From Candidatus Latescibacterota bacterium (GTDB lineage: Bacteria; Latescibacterota; UBA2968; SICM01), in assembly GCA_965217865.1 (NCBI GenBank), contig CBDCJO010000002.1, forward strand, positions 3,488,001-3,552,000: 64,000 bases of DNA. The letters run 5' to 3'. Numbering within the stretch: the stretch's first letter is position 1; each line of letters starts with the position of its first letter. The translations under genes and the position numbers were made by a program. Of this stretch, positions 41,990 to 51,766 are shown piece by piece. Under the pieces are notes generated by a model that saw only the letters and a program-made list of their open reading frames with translations, did not search any database and was not told the origin of the DNA.

Positions 41990-43258
41990 GTGAAGAAACA
42001 TACGTCAGACACACCGTGTTTGTCCATCCCTACCTGGGAGACCCTGGAAGGGTGGATTCGAGATGAGATCGAGGTGCGCATCCAGTCCATTGCCGAGGAG
42101 GAAGTGACCCAGTTCCTGGGACGGGGGTGGTATGAGCGTAAGGGAACTGTCGATGCGGCCCCCGGTTATCGCAACGGCTACGGGAAGCTGCGCCGATTGT
42201 CGACCTCTTGTGGCACGATAAAGATCAAGCGGCCCCGTGTTCGTGGATTGAAGGAGCGCTTCGAGAGCCGGATCCTGCCCTTGTTCGCGCGTCGCACAAA
42301 AGAGGTGGGAGAACTGCTCCCAGAACTTTATTCTGCACGGTCTGGCTCAAGGCGACTTCGAGCTGGCCTTGCGGGGTCTGCCCGGAGATGGAGCGCCGCT
42401 GTCTTCATCGTCGATTGCCCGACTCCGCGGCCAATGGGAAACCGACTACCAGACCTGGCAGGAACGACGCCTGGATGATCGCGAGCTGGTCTACGCCTGG
42501 GCAGACGGCATCTATGTCAAAGCCGGCCTGGAGAAGGATAAGGCGTGCCTGCTGGTCATCATCGGCGCAATGAGCGATGGCCGCAAAGAGGTTCTCGCCC
42601 TGGTGTCCGGCTACCGAGAGTCCACCGAGTCCTGGCTGGAGGTCCTCAGAGACCTGCGCGATCGTGGCCTGAGCCCCCCTGTCCTCGTCGTCGCCGACGG
42701 CAATATGGGCATCTGGTTCGCAGTCAATCAGGTCTGGCCACACACCCGGCAAAAGCGGTGCTGGAACCACAAAATCCTCAACGTAGTCAACCAGATCCAT
42801 AAACGCCAACAGGCCCAGGCTCGGGCGTTGCTCGTTCAGATCCCCTACGCCTACACCCTTCGGGATGCCGGGAAGATCCGCAGGCAGTTCATCGCACGAT
42901 ATCAAGACCCGTTCCCGAAGGCAGTCAAGACCCTTGATCGAGACTGGGATCGTATGCTTACCCTCTTCGACTTCCCAAAACCACACTGGAGGCACCTGAG
43001 AACGACCAATGTCGTCGAAAGCCCGTTTGCCTCCGTCCGCCTCAGAACCAACGCGGCCAAGCGATACAAGAAGGTCGCTGCGGCAAGTGCTCTGATCTGG
43101 CGCACGCTGATGGTCGCTGAGAAACGCTTCCGACGACTTGATGCACCCCATCTGATGCCGGATGTCTACGCACAGCACCACCGTAAAAACAAGATCACTA
43201 TCGACTCGGGAGAGAAGCTGGCCGCCTGACCTTTTTACACACCTCTTGACGAGAGCTC
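41990..43258 (+). mobile_element. IS256-family element with frameshifted transposase
   Basis: YRNGY, PRVR, FESRILP, ADGIY, RCWNH, RTTNVVES; terminal TTACACACCTCTTGACGAGAGCTC; frameshift near 42330. Confidence 0.85.
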
Positions 43259-43295
43259 ACATGTAGCAGTTTTATGACCACTATATTGGAAGCTC

Positions 43296-45220
43296 ATGTG
43301 TATGGGACGGACCCCGGAATTGACGCCTGACCGGATGCAAGCGATTCGCGAAGGCCTTGGTCTCACGCAGGAGGAAGCTGGCAGGCTCTTGGGAGGCGGT
43401 CCACGGGCCTTCACCAAGTACGAAGCCGGGAGCCTGAAACCGAGGGCCGCTGCGATCAATCTGCTGCGCGTACTGGAGCTATATCCCGACGCGCTTGGGG
43501 TTCTTCGAGGAGGCGAGCTTCATCCCGCGAGTTCTCGGGTCCCCGCCCCGTTCGAGGTGGAATCCGACGACATTGCTTCGCTTGGGCCTCCTGCTTTTCC
43601 CAATCTCCTGCGACAACTCCTCTCTGCTGAGGCCCGAGAGTACGGCCTTCCCCAAGACGGCATCCGCGTCGCCAGCAACATCCATGTCCCCGATGGAGGG
43701 GAGGACGGGCGAATCTCATGGCGGGGCCGTCCCGAGCGCACTCCATTCCTGCCGTCCCGGCTATGTCAGTTTCAGTTGAAGGTCGGCAAGATAGAGCCCG
43801 CTCGGGCGGGCAACGATGTCCTGACGAACGGAACCGAAGTGAAGGCAATGGTCCGCTCGGTCCTTGAGCGGGGCGGACACTACATCATGCTCTGCGCGCA
43901 GCCCTATAACCAACGGCAGGTAGAGGCGCGGCAGCGTGGCATCTGTGACGCTCTGAGGAAGGCCGGATTGTCGGTTCCGGATCACCTGGTCAGCTTTTGG
44001 GAAGCCGATCAAATCGCCGCGTGGGTGAATACCCACCAATCGGTTGCCCTCTGGGTCAGGGAAGAGGTGGGGCTTGGGACGCTCGGCGGCTTTACTTCGT
44101 GGAACCATTGGAAGGGCCGGAGCGAGCACTCTGTGCGATGGGTAGACGATCCCCGACTGGCCGACCTGCGCCGCACGATTCGGGACAAGGTGACGGAGTC
44201 CGGCGCGGTTCTCCGGGTGGTCGGGTTGTCGGGTATCGGCAAGTCGCGGCTCTGTCTCGAGGCACCGAAGAGAGTCGGCGAAGACGAAATTGTCGGCGCT
44301 CGCTTCGGGACTTCGTCATGTACGCAGTACAGTCTGAAGTGGGTGCGGAAGCGATTCATCCCATCGTCGAAAACTGGCCGTCTCCGGCGGACGCGCCGTC
44401 GTGGTCGTGGACGACTGCGATGCGCGAGGACATGCCATCTTGGCCGGGATAGTGTCGCGCCCGGGCAGCCGCCTATCACTGGTCGCATCGATATGAGATT
44501 CCCTCTCATATCGATGCGACTACCATCAAGATTGACGAGGCCCCGGCGACTGTCATCGAACCCATCGTCGACCATGTCGCTGCAACACTGGATCGTCACC
44601 CCCTTGCACGCCTCTCACGGGGATTCCCGGAAGTTGCAATCCGAATCGCCAACGAATCTGATACGAGGGGACACCTCACCTATCCGGCCGACGACCACCT
44701 TATTGACGAATTCGTCTGCGGTCGTAGGCCCACGGACAGGCGCTGTTGCTCCAATCGGCCAACTGCTCGCGGCGTTCGGACCGGTAAGAGTAGAGCCTGC
44801 GGAAGAGGCATACCTCGGCACGTTTCAAACGGTCGGAACGGAATCCTCAACCGAAGAACATCTCGCGAGGATTGCCGACCTCGGTCGCCAACCCGCCCGC
44901 GATGACCTGTACACAGGAATCCAACGACTCGTCCAACGAGGCGTAGTCAAGCGTAGAGGAGGGCTCGGGACGATTCAACCGCGTCCAATCGCCGTCAGGC
45001 TCGCGGAACGACAGTGGAGGAAATGGGATAAGAGGAAGTGGGACCGGGTGCTATCGGGCGACATCGGCTCGGACCTAAGTGTCTCGGCGGCCCGGCGCCT
45101 CGCTGAACTGAATGCTTCGGAGATAGCCAACAAAGTGGTGGATCACGTCTGCCGGGAGGGCGGGGACTTCGACCGAGTCGATGGGATTGTCCTTCAAAGT
45201 CGTGTGAAGGTGCTTTCAGG
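43296..45220 (+). pseudogene. MqsA-like HTH fused to nuclease-like domain and STAND-type NTPase; multiple frameshifts, 3'-truncated
   Basis: LGLTQEEAGRLLGGGPRAFTKYE HTH; PDGGEDG...FQLK; Walker A GLSGIGKSRL; Walker B VVVVDDC in a shifted frame near 44400. Confidence 0.7.
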
Positions 45221-45449
45221 CGATGATCCACCACCACACGCCCTACAATGTGGAGTACGTCAACATCTTCCCGTTCGACGCAACGACCGTTTCGATTAGC
45301 GGCAAGAACGCGAACCTCGACAGCAACTCTACCATTGCACACGACGCTCAGGACAGGCGGGCTGGGTCGCGCGACCCTGCTCGGTAGCACGAAGCGCAGT
45401 TAAGGTCGACTGTCAATGCGGACAAGAAGGATCAAGGGAGGCTGAGCGA

Positions 45450-46826
45450 TTGGGCCAGGGGATTCACAGGCAAATGGTACGTAGTATTGCGGTCGTCGAA
45501 GATCACGATGCGTTTCAGCATGAGCACCACTTCCGCTCCGCAACCTCCCTTCTCGACCCGTTGTCGGCACCGATGCTGTCGCAATTCCGCCGCGTGGTGC
45601 GCACTCGATACGAGGATGGAAAACCTCGCCTGCTCTGCGCCAAATGCAGCAAGCCGGTCTATGTCTCCCTGTCCGGAGCCGGTCACGCGGATCAGCGAGA
45701 CGGGCGGGACGCCTTCTTCGCCCACCACGCCGGCACGGCGGACGAGTGCGCATGGGGCAGTGGAGGTGAGAATCCCCGAGACATTGACCGCCTGAAATAC
45801 GGCGGCGCACCCGAGGGCGTTCAGCATCAACGGCTCAAGACAATGCTGGCTTCCATGCTGGATGCGGACGCAGCCTTCAGTAACATCGTGGTTGAACAGG
45901 TCATCAGCCGTCCGCCGCAATGGCGAAAGCCGGACGTGATGGCGTCGTTTCTCGATGGTCTAATTGCCTTCGATCTTCAACTGGCAACAACACAGCTCCC
46001 GACGATTGTAGGCCGCGAGACATTCTATGAAAGGAACGGTATCCGGTATGTGTGGGTGACGAGTACGGACGACCCGCACAGCTTGGCACGGCAGACATTC
46101 CAGGACATCTACTGGAACAACGACGCACAGATTTTCAAGGTCGATGCGCATGCCGAAGCCGTCACCCTGGAATGGCGTGAGTTGCACCTATGGGCAATGT
46201 CGGTCGCCCCGAGACTCGATGATAATGGGCTTCGGTCCGTGTGGGAGCGTCGGTTGGTGGCCAGAAGCGAGATCGACTGGGGCACCACATCACGGCGCCC
46301 GCGTTTTTCAGACGCGAATTTCGACACTGCCTTCCGCAAGCTCGTGACCGAACGGTTCGCAGCCCCGAGTCAGCGGCTGATCAACGCGGCGAGTCAGCTG
46401 GAGCATATCGTGAACCGAGAAGCAGGACATGCGTGGGATGAAATCGCGGGCGCGGTAGGCGCACCACGGTGGATCGAAACCGACACAGACAGGGTCTTCA
46501 AGGCGATTGGAGTGCTGGCCTCGGCCGCCACCGGCAAAAAGATGGATGCTTCCAGATACGCACCCGAGGCGCTGACGGCAATGTTCAACCAGTTTCTGGA
46601 GACAACTCCCTGCCGTGGCTGGACGGCTATGCTTCAGCAAGTCGCCACCGCGTACGGCAACGCGGCGCTACTCTCGGCAGCTTCGACACAGGCGAAGATC
46701 ACGCGCAACTTGGGAGAAGACCATCCCGACCTTCAACGCCGGTATGCCGCCATGCTGGACATCATTTTCCCGAAAACCGCCCTCGCCCGTCTTAGCGGTC
46801 CGCCGAGCGAGATTGTCGATGTATAA
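45450..46826 (+). CDS. DUF6035/CoiA-like Zn-finger PD-(D/E)xK nuclease-like protein
   Basis: CAKC...FFAH...C, E...H..LK, WRKPDV, AFDLQL, RE.FY....I..VWV. Confidence 0.65.
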   Translation: MGQGIHRQMVRSIAVVEDHDAFQHEHHFRSATSLLDPLSAPMLSQFRRVVRTRYEDGKPRLLCAKCSKPVYVSLSGAGHADQRDGRDAFFAHHAGTADECAWGSGGENPRDIDRLKYGGAPEGVQHQRLKTMLASMLDADAAFSNIVVEQVISRPPQWRKPDVMASFLDGLIAFDLQLATTQLPTIVGRETFYERNGIRYVWVTSTDDPHSLARQTFQDIYWNNDAQIFKVDAHAEAVTLEWRELHLWAMSVAPRLDDNGLRSVWERRLVARSEIDWGTTSRRPRFSDANFDTAFRKLVTERFAAPSQRLINAASQLEHIVNREAGHAWDEIAGAVGAPRWIETDTDRVFKAIGVLASAATGKKMDASRYAPEALTAMFNQFLETTPCRGWTAMLQQVATAYGNAALLSAASTQAKITRNLGEDHPDLQRRYAAMLDIIFPKTALARLSGPPSEIVDV

Positions 46827-46838
46827 ATCTCTGTCGGC

Positions 46839-47037
46839 CAGTATCGTGTCCCAAAGATTCCTTCAATAATTCCTCGGATAAAGCGGTCTATAAACCCTGA
46901 ACGGAGCGAAGGATCTCTATGTCCCGAACTATCAGACAGTTGGTGCGATCTTCGCTCGCTGGCTCTCGATCAAAATGACTGCCACCGCTACGTTTTTGGA
47001 GACTTTCTTTGTAAGGAACTTCCGGGATACGACACTG
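46839..47037. mobile_element. MITE-like element (about 200 bp)
   Basis: imperfect terminal IRs CAGTATCGTGTCCCAAAGATTCCTT / CAGTGTCGTATCCCGGAAGTTCCTT; internal GAGCGAAGGATC / GATCTTCGCTC palindrome; no ORF. Confidence 0.6.
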
Positions 47038-47435
47038 ATCTTTGGCGGGCGATTTTAACCTGCCTCTTTGAACTGAAGAGCCAAGAAATACCGACCATCA
47101 TCGACAAATCCGGCTTGACAGTTGACTGGAATCTTACCGAAAGAGAAAATTATTTGCACACTTACCACAAAATGGCTTTTCGACCACGGATCAACCGCGC
47201 GTACGATGCTTTGACCAATGACAACAAGTTGCGGGTTTCCTTCATCGTCTGCGAGGAACTCGTCCAAAAAGGTTTAGAGGAAAAACTCAACGTAGCCTTG
47301 GCCCAAGTAGGTTGGTAAACTGATGAAGGCCACCTTTCGACGAAAAGCGAAACGGTGCGGGAGCTATTTTTTCCTCCGAGCACCCAGCACGATGCTTATT
47401 CTGTTGCCACGTGTAACCTCTTTTCGTTAACTACC

Positions 47436-48030
47436 GAAAGTAATCCCCCGGCTTTTCCGGGGAGACTCCCAGAGTTTGACAGTTCCGCGGAAATGAGAGA
47501 GAGCCTTTCCTCTGTGAACCGCCCAAAGTTCATAGAAAGGAAGGCTCTCGATAGACGACTTCCAAAGCCTACGTCACACGGTCTGGGCGTGCAAGTATCA
47601 CGTTGTATGGATTCCGAAATATCGTAGGAAAACGCTCTACGGGGAGCTTCGACGGTACCTGGGAGAAGTGATTCGGGACCTTGCCCGACAGAGAGCGAGT
47701 AGCGTCGAGAAGGGCCACATGAGACCAGATCACGTCCACACGTTGATCTCGATTCCACCCAAGTATGCGGTTTCGCAAGTCGTTGGGTACATCAAAGGGA
47801 AGAGTGCCATCCACATCGCCCGGCACTATCTCGGTCGTCGGTTGAACTTCACCGGACAGCATTTCTGGGCAAGGGGCTATTGGCTCTCAACGGTTGGCAA
47901 AGATGAGGAGGCGATCCGGAAATACATCCGCGATCAGGAGAAAGAGGACCGTCGCCTCGAGCAACTCAACATCTTCAGGTAGAAGCCACCTTCAGGTGGC
48001 GCCAAGGTTTTCAACTGCTTTGAGCGGTTT
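47436..48030 (+). mobile_element. tnpA: IS200-type element with Y1 HUH transposase (about 47551-47982, start codon reads ATA)
   Basis: CKYHVVWIPKYR, PDHVH (HUH), IKGKS, FWARGY..STVG, YIRDQ; subterminal hairpins CCCCGG/CCGGGG and GCCACC/GGTGGC. Confidence 0.85.
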
Positions 48031-48033
48031 ACT

Positions 48034-48660
48034 ATGGATGAATCAAGCAGCCGGAATCCAGATAGAGAGATCGTTCAAGGCCTAAGGGAGAGCTCGCATT
48101 ATGCCTTGTCCAGATTTGAAAGGAGATATCGAGATCGGCTATACGACTATGCTTTAGCTAGACTAATGGATAGAGATGAGGCTGCTTCGATTGTCAGCGA
48201 CACACTTTTGCAGATAGTCAACTCTCTCGATAGCTTTGATTTTAAGAACTCTGATAATGACTTCCGAAGCTGGGTTTTCCAGATCTGTAATCGAAAAATT
48301 ATCGATGCAGCAAGACGCAGAAAGCGAGAGCATGGGCAAGCCACCCTGATCAGTCTTGATCTGGAGACTGAGGATGAAAAAGGAGAATCCCATAATCCTG
48401 TCCAATTAGAAGTTGATCGTCAGATAACAGAGGAATACTATCGTGAGTCCGTTGAAAATTCAGATACTCTCAAGAAAGAGACAAAGCAGTTTATTCAGAG
48501 CCTAAACCCGAAGGATAGAATAATCCTTTCTTCATGCTTGGATGAAGTTCCTCACAAGGAAGTTGCTGAATATGTTGAGATGACACCCAACAATGTCAAA
48601 GTACGTTTCCACCGAATCAAAGAACGCTTTATTCAGCGCTTACATCAAAAGGAGGCCTGA
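48034..48660 (+). CDS. ECF-like sigma-70 family RNA polymerase sigma factor
   Basis: region 2 (A..IVSDT, FRSWVFQI..RKIID..R) and region 4 (HKEVAEY.EM..NNVKVRFHRIK). Confidence 0.85.
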   Translation: MDESSSRNPDREIVQGLRESSHYALSRFERRYRDRLYDYALARLMDRDEAASIVSDTLLQIVNSLDSFDFKNSDNDFRSWVFQICNRKIIDAARRRKREHGQATLISLDLETEDEKGESHNPVQLEVDRQITEEYYRESVENSDTLKKETKQFIQSLNPKDRIILSSCLDEVPHKEVAEYVEMTPNNVKVRFHRIKERFIQRLHQKEA

Positions 48661-48663
48661 GCA

Positions 48664-49284
48664 ATGGATGAAAAGAAAATCAATATAGATGAATTTCTCA
48701 GATCTATAAACTCTGAGCTTCCTGTTGATGAGGATTACTTGGACTTCTTCATGTCTCGTGAGCCCAAAGAGAAAATGCCAGAACATCATGTTGAGAAACT
48801 ATCCAGTGATCTGAGAGAATCTCAAGAGAAACGTCATAGACTAAACCAAAGGATGTCATTTCCTGAAAAGTTAGTATCACTTGGAGAATACCTGCAGCTC
48901 CTGAAGGAGAAACTCGACCTGGAAAGAAAGGGAAAGGCTCTCGCGTCTTTCCTAGGTGTTGAATCTGATTTGATTCCAAAGTTAGAGACAAATACGGTCT
49001 CAATAGTGTCAATACCATTGCGTGAATTATATTCCATGGGTCGTAGCATAGGACTGAATACTGGCACCTACCTTGAACTTCTTAGGAAGTCACATAGGCT
49101 TCACAACATCGGACCTAGATATAAAGGAGCTGCCAGGTATGATTCTAGGGAGGGAACCAAAGGGAAGGAGCAATCAATGAAAATCGCCTATGAGGAGCTG
49201 CTTCTCAAAGGTAAAGCAGAAGAAAGAGATAATGATCTGGAATCGCATCTGCACGCTCTGAGAGAGATGTTGGAAAAGAGCTAA
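48664..49284 (+). CDS. hypothetical protein with degenerate Cro/C1 HTH (candidate anti-sigma or repressor)
   Basis: SD GGAGG; SLGEYLQLLKEK...ALASFLGVE...I.KLE resembles an XRE HTH; acidic helical N-terminus. Confidence 0.55.
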   Translation: MDEKKINIDEFLRSINSELPVDEDYLDFFMSREPKEKMPEHHVEKLSSDLRESQEKRHRLNQRMSFPEKLVSLGEYLQLLKEKLDLERKGKALASFLGVESDLIPKLETNTVSIVSIPLRELYSMGRSIGLNTGTYLELLRKSHRLHNIGPRYKGAARYDSREGTKGKEQSMKIAYEELLLKGKAEERDNDLESHLHALREMLEKS

Positions 49285-49775
49285 TGGAAGAACTCCCAAG
49301 GAAAAGAACAGGCTACTGCAGGATGGCAGCGCGGAGTCTGCTTTCGAGATACAGCAAAGGAGCAGGTGATATCAGACCGCCAATTCCTGTCTGTGATATA
49401 GCTAAGTTTAATGGCTATAAGGTGGTGCTCCTTGAAACACTGACGGACAAACACTCGGCCATTGTGGACTTGCATGAGAAACTTATTGGAGTGAATAAGA
49501 AGCATCACTCACACAGGAGAAGGTTCTCCATAGGCCACGAACTCGGCCACATCTATCTTGAACATCCTTCGGAAGACGAGCAATCTGAAGAGGAAGTGAA
49601 GTATTTTAACCTCGAAGCGAACGAATTCGCCGGTGAGCTACTTGTACCTCTACATTATCTGAAACTCGAATTAAAGCAATGCAAGAATATGGATCAGCTT
49701 GCGAATCATTTCAACGTGAGTCCCGAAGTGGTATTCAGGAGGATCTCTTCCCAAGGGCTGTTGTCATACATATAG
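49284..49775 (+). CDS. ImmA/IrrE family Zn metallopeptidase
   Basis: RRRFSIGHELGH (HExxH), EANEFAGELLVP, LANHFNVS; TAATG overlap with the upstream gene. Confidence 0.92.
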   Translation: MEELPRKRTGYCRMAARSLLSRYSKGAGDIRPPIPVCDIAKFNGYKVVLLETLTDKHSAIVDLHEKLIGVNKKHHSHRRRFSIGHELGHIYLEHPSEDEQSEEEVKYFNLEANEFAGELLVPLHYLKLELKQCKNMDQLANHFNVSPEVVFRRISSQGLLSYI

Positions 49776-49804
49776 TCTTGTAAATTAGTTAGTTAATGGG
49801 ATAA

Positions 49805-49840
49805 GGCCGCGTTCTCTCGGGAGCGCGGCCGTTCCTTTTG
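49805..49840 (+). terminator. intrinsic terminator
   Basis: GGCCGCGTTCTC / GGGAGCGCGGCC stem followed by TTCCTTTTG. Confidence 0.6.
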
Positions 49841-50330
49841 TCCGGGGTGTAACCCGGTTTCGTTTATATAAGTATAAGGTTCGGAAACCGCCGCGACAAG
49901 AACAACACCATGCTGGCCGAAATTGCATCCGGAAGATTTCCGGCAAAAGTGGATAAGGTAGACAGCGTCACTTCCGCGCTGCCCTCATTTCTTCATCTGC
50001 GCGGCGACTCCCGAAGGCAGGCTGAGCCTTCGCTAAAGGACATCCATCGTCCGTTTCCGGGTTCCGCTCTCGCAATCGATTAACTGAATGTCGGGACGGA
50101 TCCAGCAATAGAGCTTCGAAAGGGCGGCCGCGGTTCGTACGGCCGAGGGGTACTGCCACTATACGGAGATCATGCCGGACGAGCCGGGGTTCAGGCCGGA
50201 TTTCGTGGTGGCCGGCAGCACGGAGCGCGGGAATTCACCGCCGCCTCGGCGAACATCGGATCGCTATGATGCGCAATAGGATCGAGTTGTTCGAATTCCC
50301 CTTAACTTTCCACAACCGGAGAAACAACCT

Positions 50331-50579
50331 ATGAATGGTGACACGCAAATTATCGTGAGTGGTCGTGAGTACAAGGTCTCTGGCAATGTTGTGACCTACG
50401 AGCAGGTCGTGAAGATCTGGAACGAGCTCCATGATGCAGAGAACAAGCACATCATCGGCACGCCCGGCATCGACTACGAAGACAGCCTGAAAGGCGAGGA
50501 CGGTGTCCTCCTGCCGGGCAAGGACGTTGAAGTCAAGGACGGCACGAGCTTCTCGGTAGACCCCGAGCATGTCTCGTGA
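50331..50579 (+). CDS. multiubiquitin-family ubiquitin-like (beta-grasp) protein
   Basis: IIVSGREY.V....TYEQVV ... G.L.PG..VEVKDGTSFSV; SD GGAGA. Confidence 0.8.
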   Translation: MNGDTQIIVSGREYKVSGNVVTYEQVVKIWNELHDAENKHIIGTPGIDYEDSLKGEDGVLLPGKDVEVKDGTSFSVDPEHVS

Positions 50580-51757
50580 GGGACCGTCTCTTCACGTTCG
50601 CTGAGCAGGCCGGGTTTGCCGTCAGGGTCGATTCCGACGTCGTCCTGGCCGTCCGGGTTCCTTGTCTGCTTGCAGACGGGGTTGTTGGCACTTGTACCAT
50701 TGAGAAGTCCTACGACCCTATGAACGGGAAACCGAATGACCGGATAGGTGGCGCAGTCCATGCGGTGCGGATCACCGCTGACGAAGAGCACGACGGGCGC
50801 GTGTACCACGCGGACGGGAACCCGATTGAGAGCTACATCGCCGGCGACGGCAAGACCTGGTCGAACATCTCCATCCGGAAAGGTAGCCAAAACAGCCCGG
50901 AGGAGGACGTGTCGGCGAGCGACTTGATCCACCGCTATGCGAAGCAGATCGTCGGGGCCGTGTCGGCGGACGGCTACTCCGAAACCGCTTCTCTCGGGAG
51001 GCGGGGTCCGTTCAAGATCCCGAACACTTTCGAGGCACGAGCGGCGATAGGCTCGGTTCAGGATCGCATCCGTGATCAGAGCATTGCGATCATCGGCTTG
51101 GGCGGAACGGGCGCCTACGTCCTAGACCTTATTGCGAAGACGCCAGTGGCGGAAATCCATCTTTTGGATTCCGACGACGTTGACTGGCACAACTTCATGC
51201 GCTCACCGGGCGCACCTACTGCCGAGGAGATTGAGTCGCGTCCCAAGGGGCGCCTGCGCAAAGTGGACTACTACCATTCCAAGTATGCCTCCCTCCGGGA
51301 AGGCATCCACCCGCACGCTGTTCGAGTGGACAGCCCGTCCATATTCGCCGAGTTTCTGTCGGCGCATCCCGTCGACTATGTCTTCGTGTGTATCGACCAA
51401 CTGACCGACGGCGATTCGCCGCGTCAGAACGTCGTCTACTGCGCGCTCTCAGCGGCGGAGGTCCCGTTCATAGACTCGGGTGTGAGCATTACGCTGGAAG
51501 ACCACGCCATCAGAGGGGCTGTGACGACGAGCGCCTATGCCGCAGGCTCTCGCGCGTGGAAGGATGCCATTCCGAATGCCAGAGTCGAGGGCAATGTCCC
51601 CGGCTACCGCAACGTCCAGCTGCCGGAAGTGAACGCGTTGGCGGCGTCGCTTGCCGTGATGGAGTGGCGGCGTCGCACGGAACAGTATGTTTCGGGGTCG
51701 GCTTCGTTCCTCCACAAGTTCCGGCTCGAGACGCCGTGCATTGTCACAGCAGACTGA
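50576..51757 (+). CDS. ThiF/E1 adenylyltransferase with divergent DUF6791(E2-like) N-terminal domain
   Basis: IAIIGLGGTGAYVLD..AK, LLDSD...HN..R, VFVCID, FIDSG, NVQ..E.NAL.A.LAV..W; GTGA overlap with the Ubl gene. Confidence 0.85.
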   Translation: MRDRLFTFAEQAGFAVRVDSDVVLAVRVPCLLADGVVGTCTIEKSYDPMNGKPNDRIGGAVHAVRITADEEHDGRVYHADGNPIESYIAGDGKTWSNISIRKGSQNSPEEDVSASDLIHRYAKQIVGAVSADGYSETASLGRRGPFKIPNTFEARAAIGSVQDRIRDQSIAIIGLGGTGAYVLDLIAKTPVAEIHLLDSDDVDWHNFMRSPGAPTAEEIESRPKGRLRKVDYYHSKYASLREGIHPHAVRVDSPSIFAEFLSAHPVDYVFVCIDQLTDGDSPRQNVVYCALSAAEVPFIDSGVSITLEDHAIRGAVTTSAYAAGSRAWKDAIPNARVEGNVPGYRNVQLPEVNALAASLAVMEWRRRTEQYVSGSASFLHKFRLETPCIVTAD

Positions 51758-51766
51758 CTCGCAGGA

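Noticed and set aside
47095-47400. Selenocysteine or readthrough in the broken ORF at 47115-47400
   Set aside because: Stop is TAA, no redox motif; more likely a decayed hypothetical fragment
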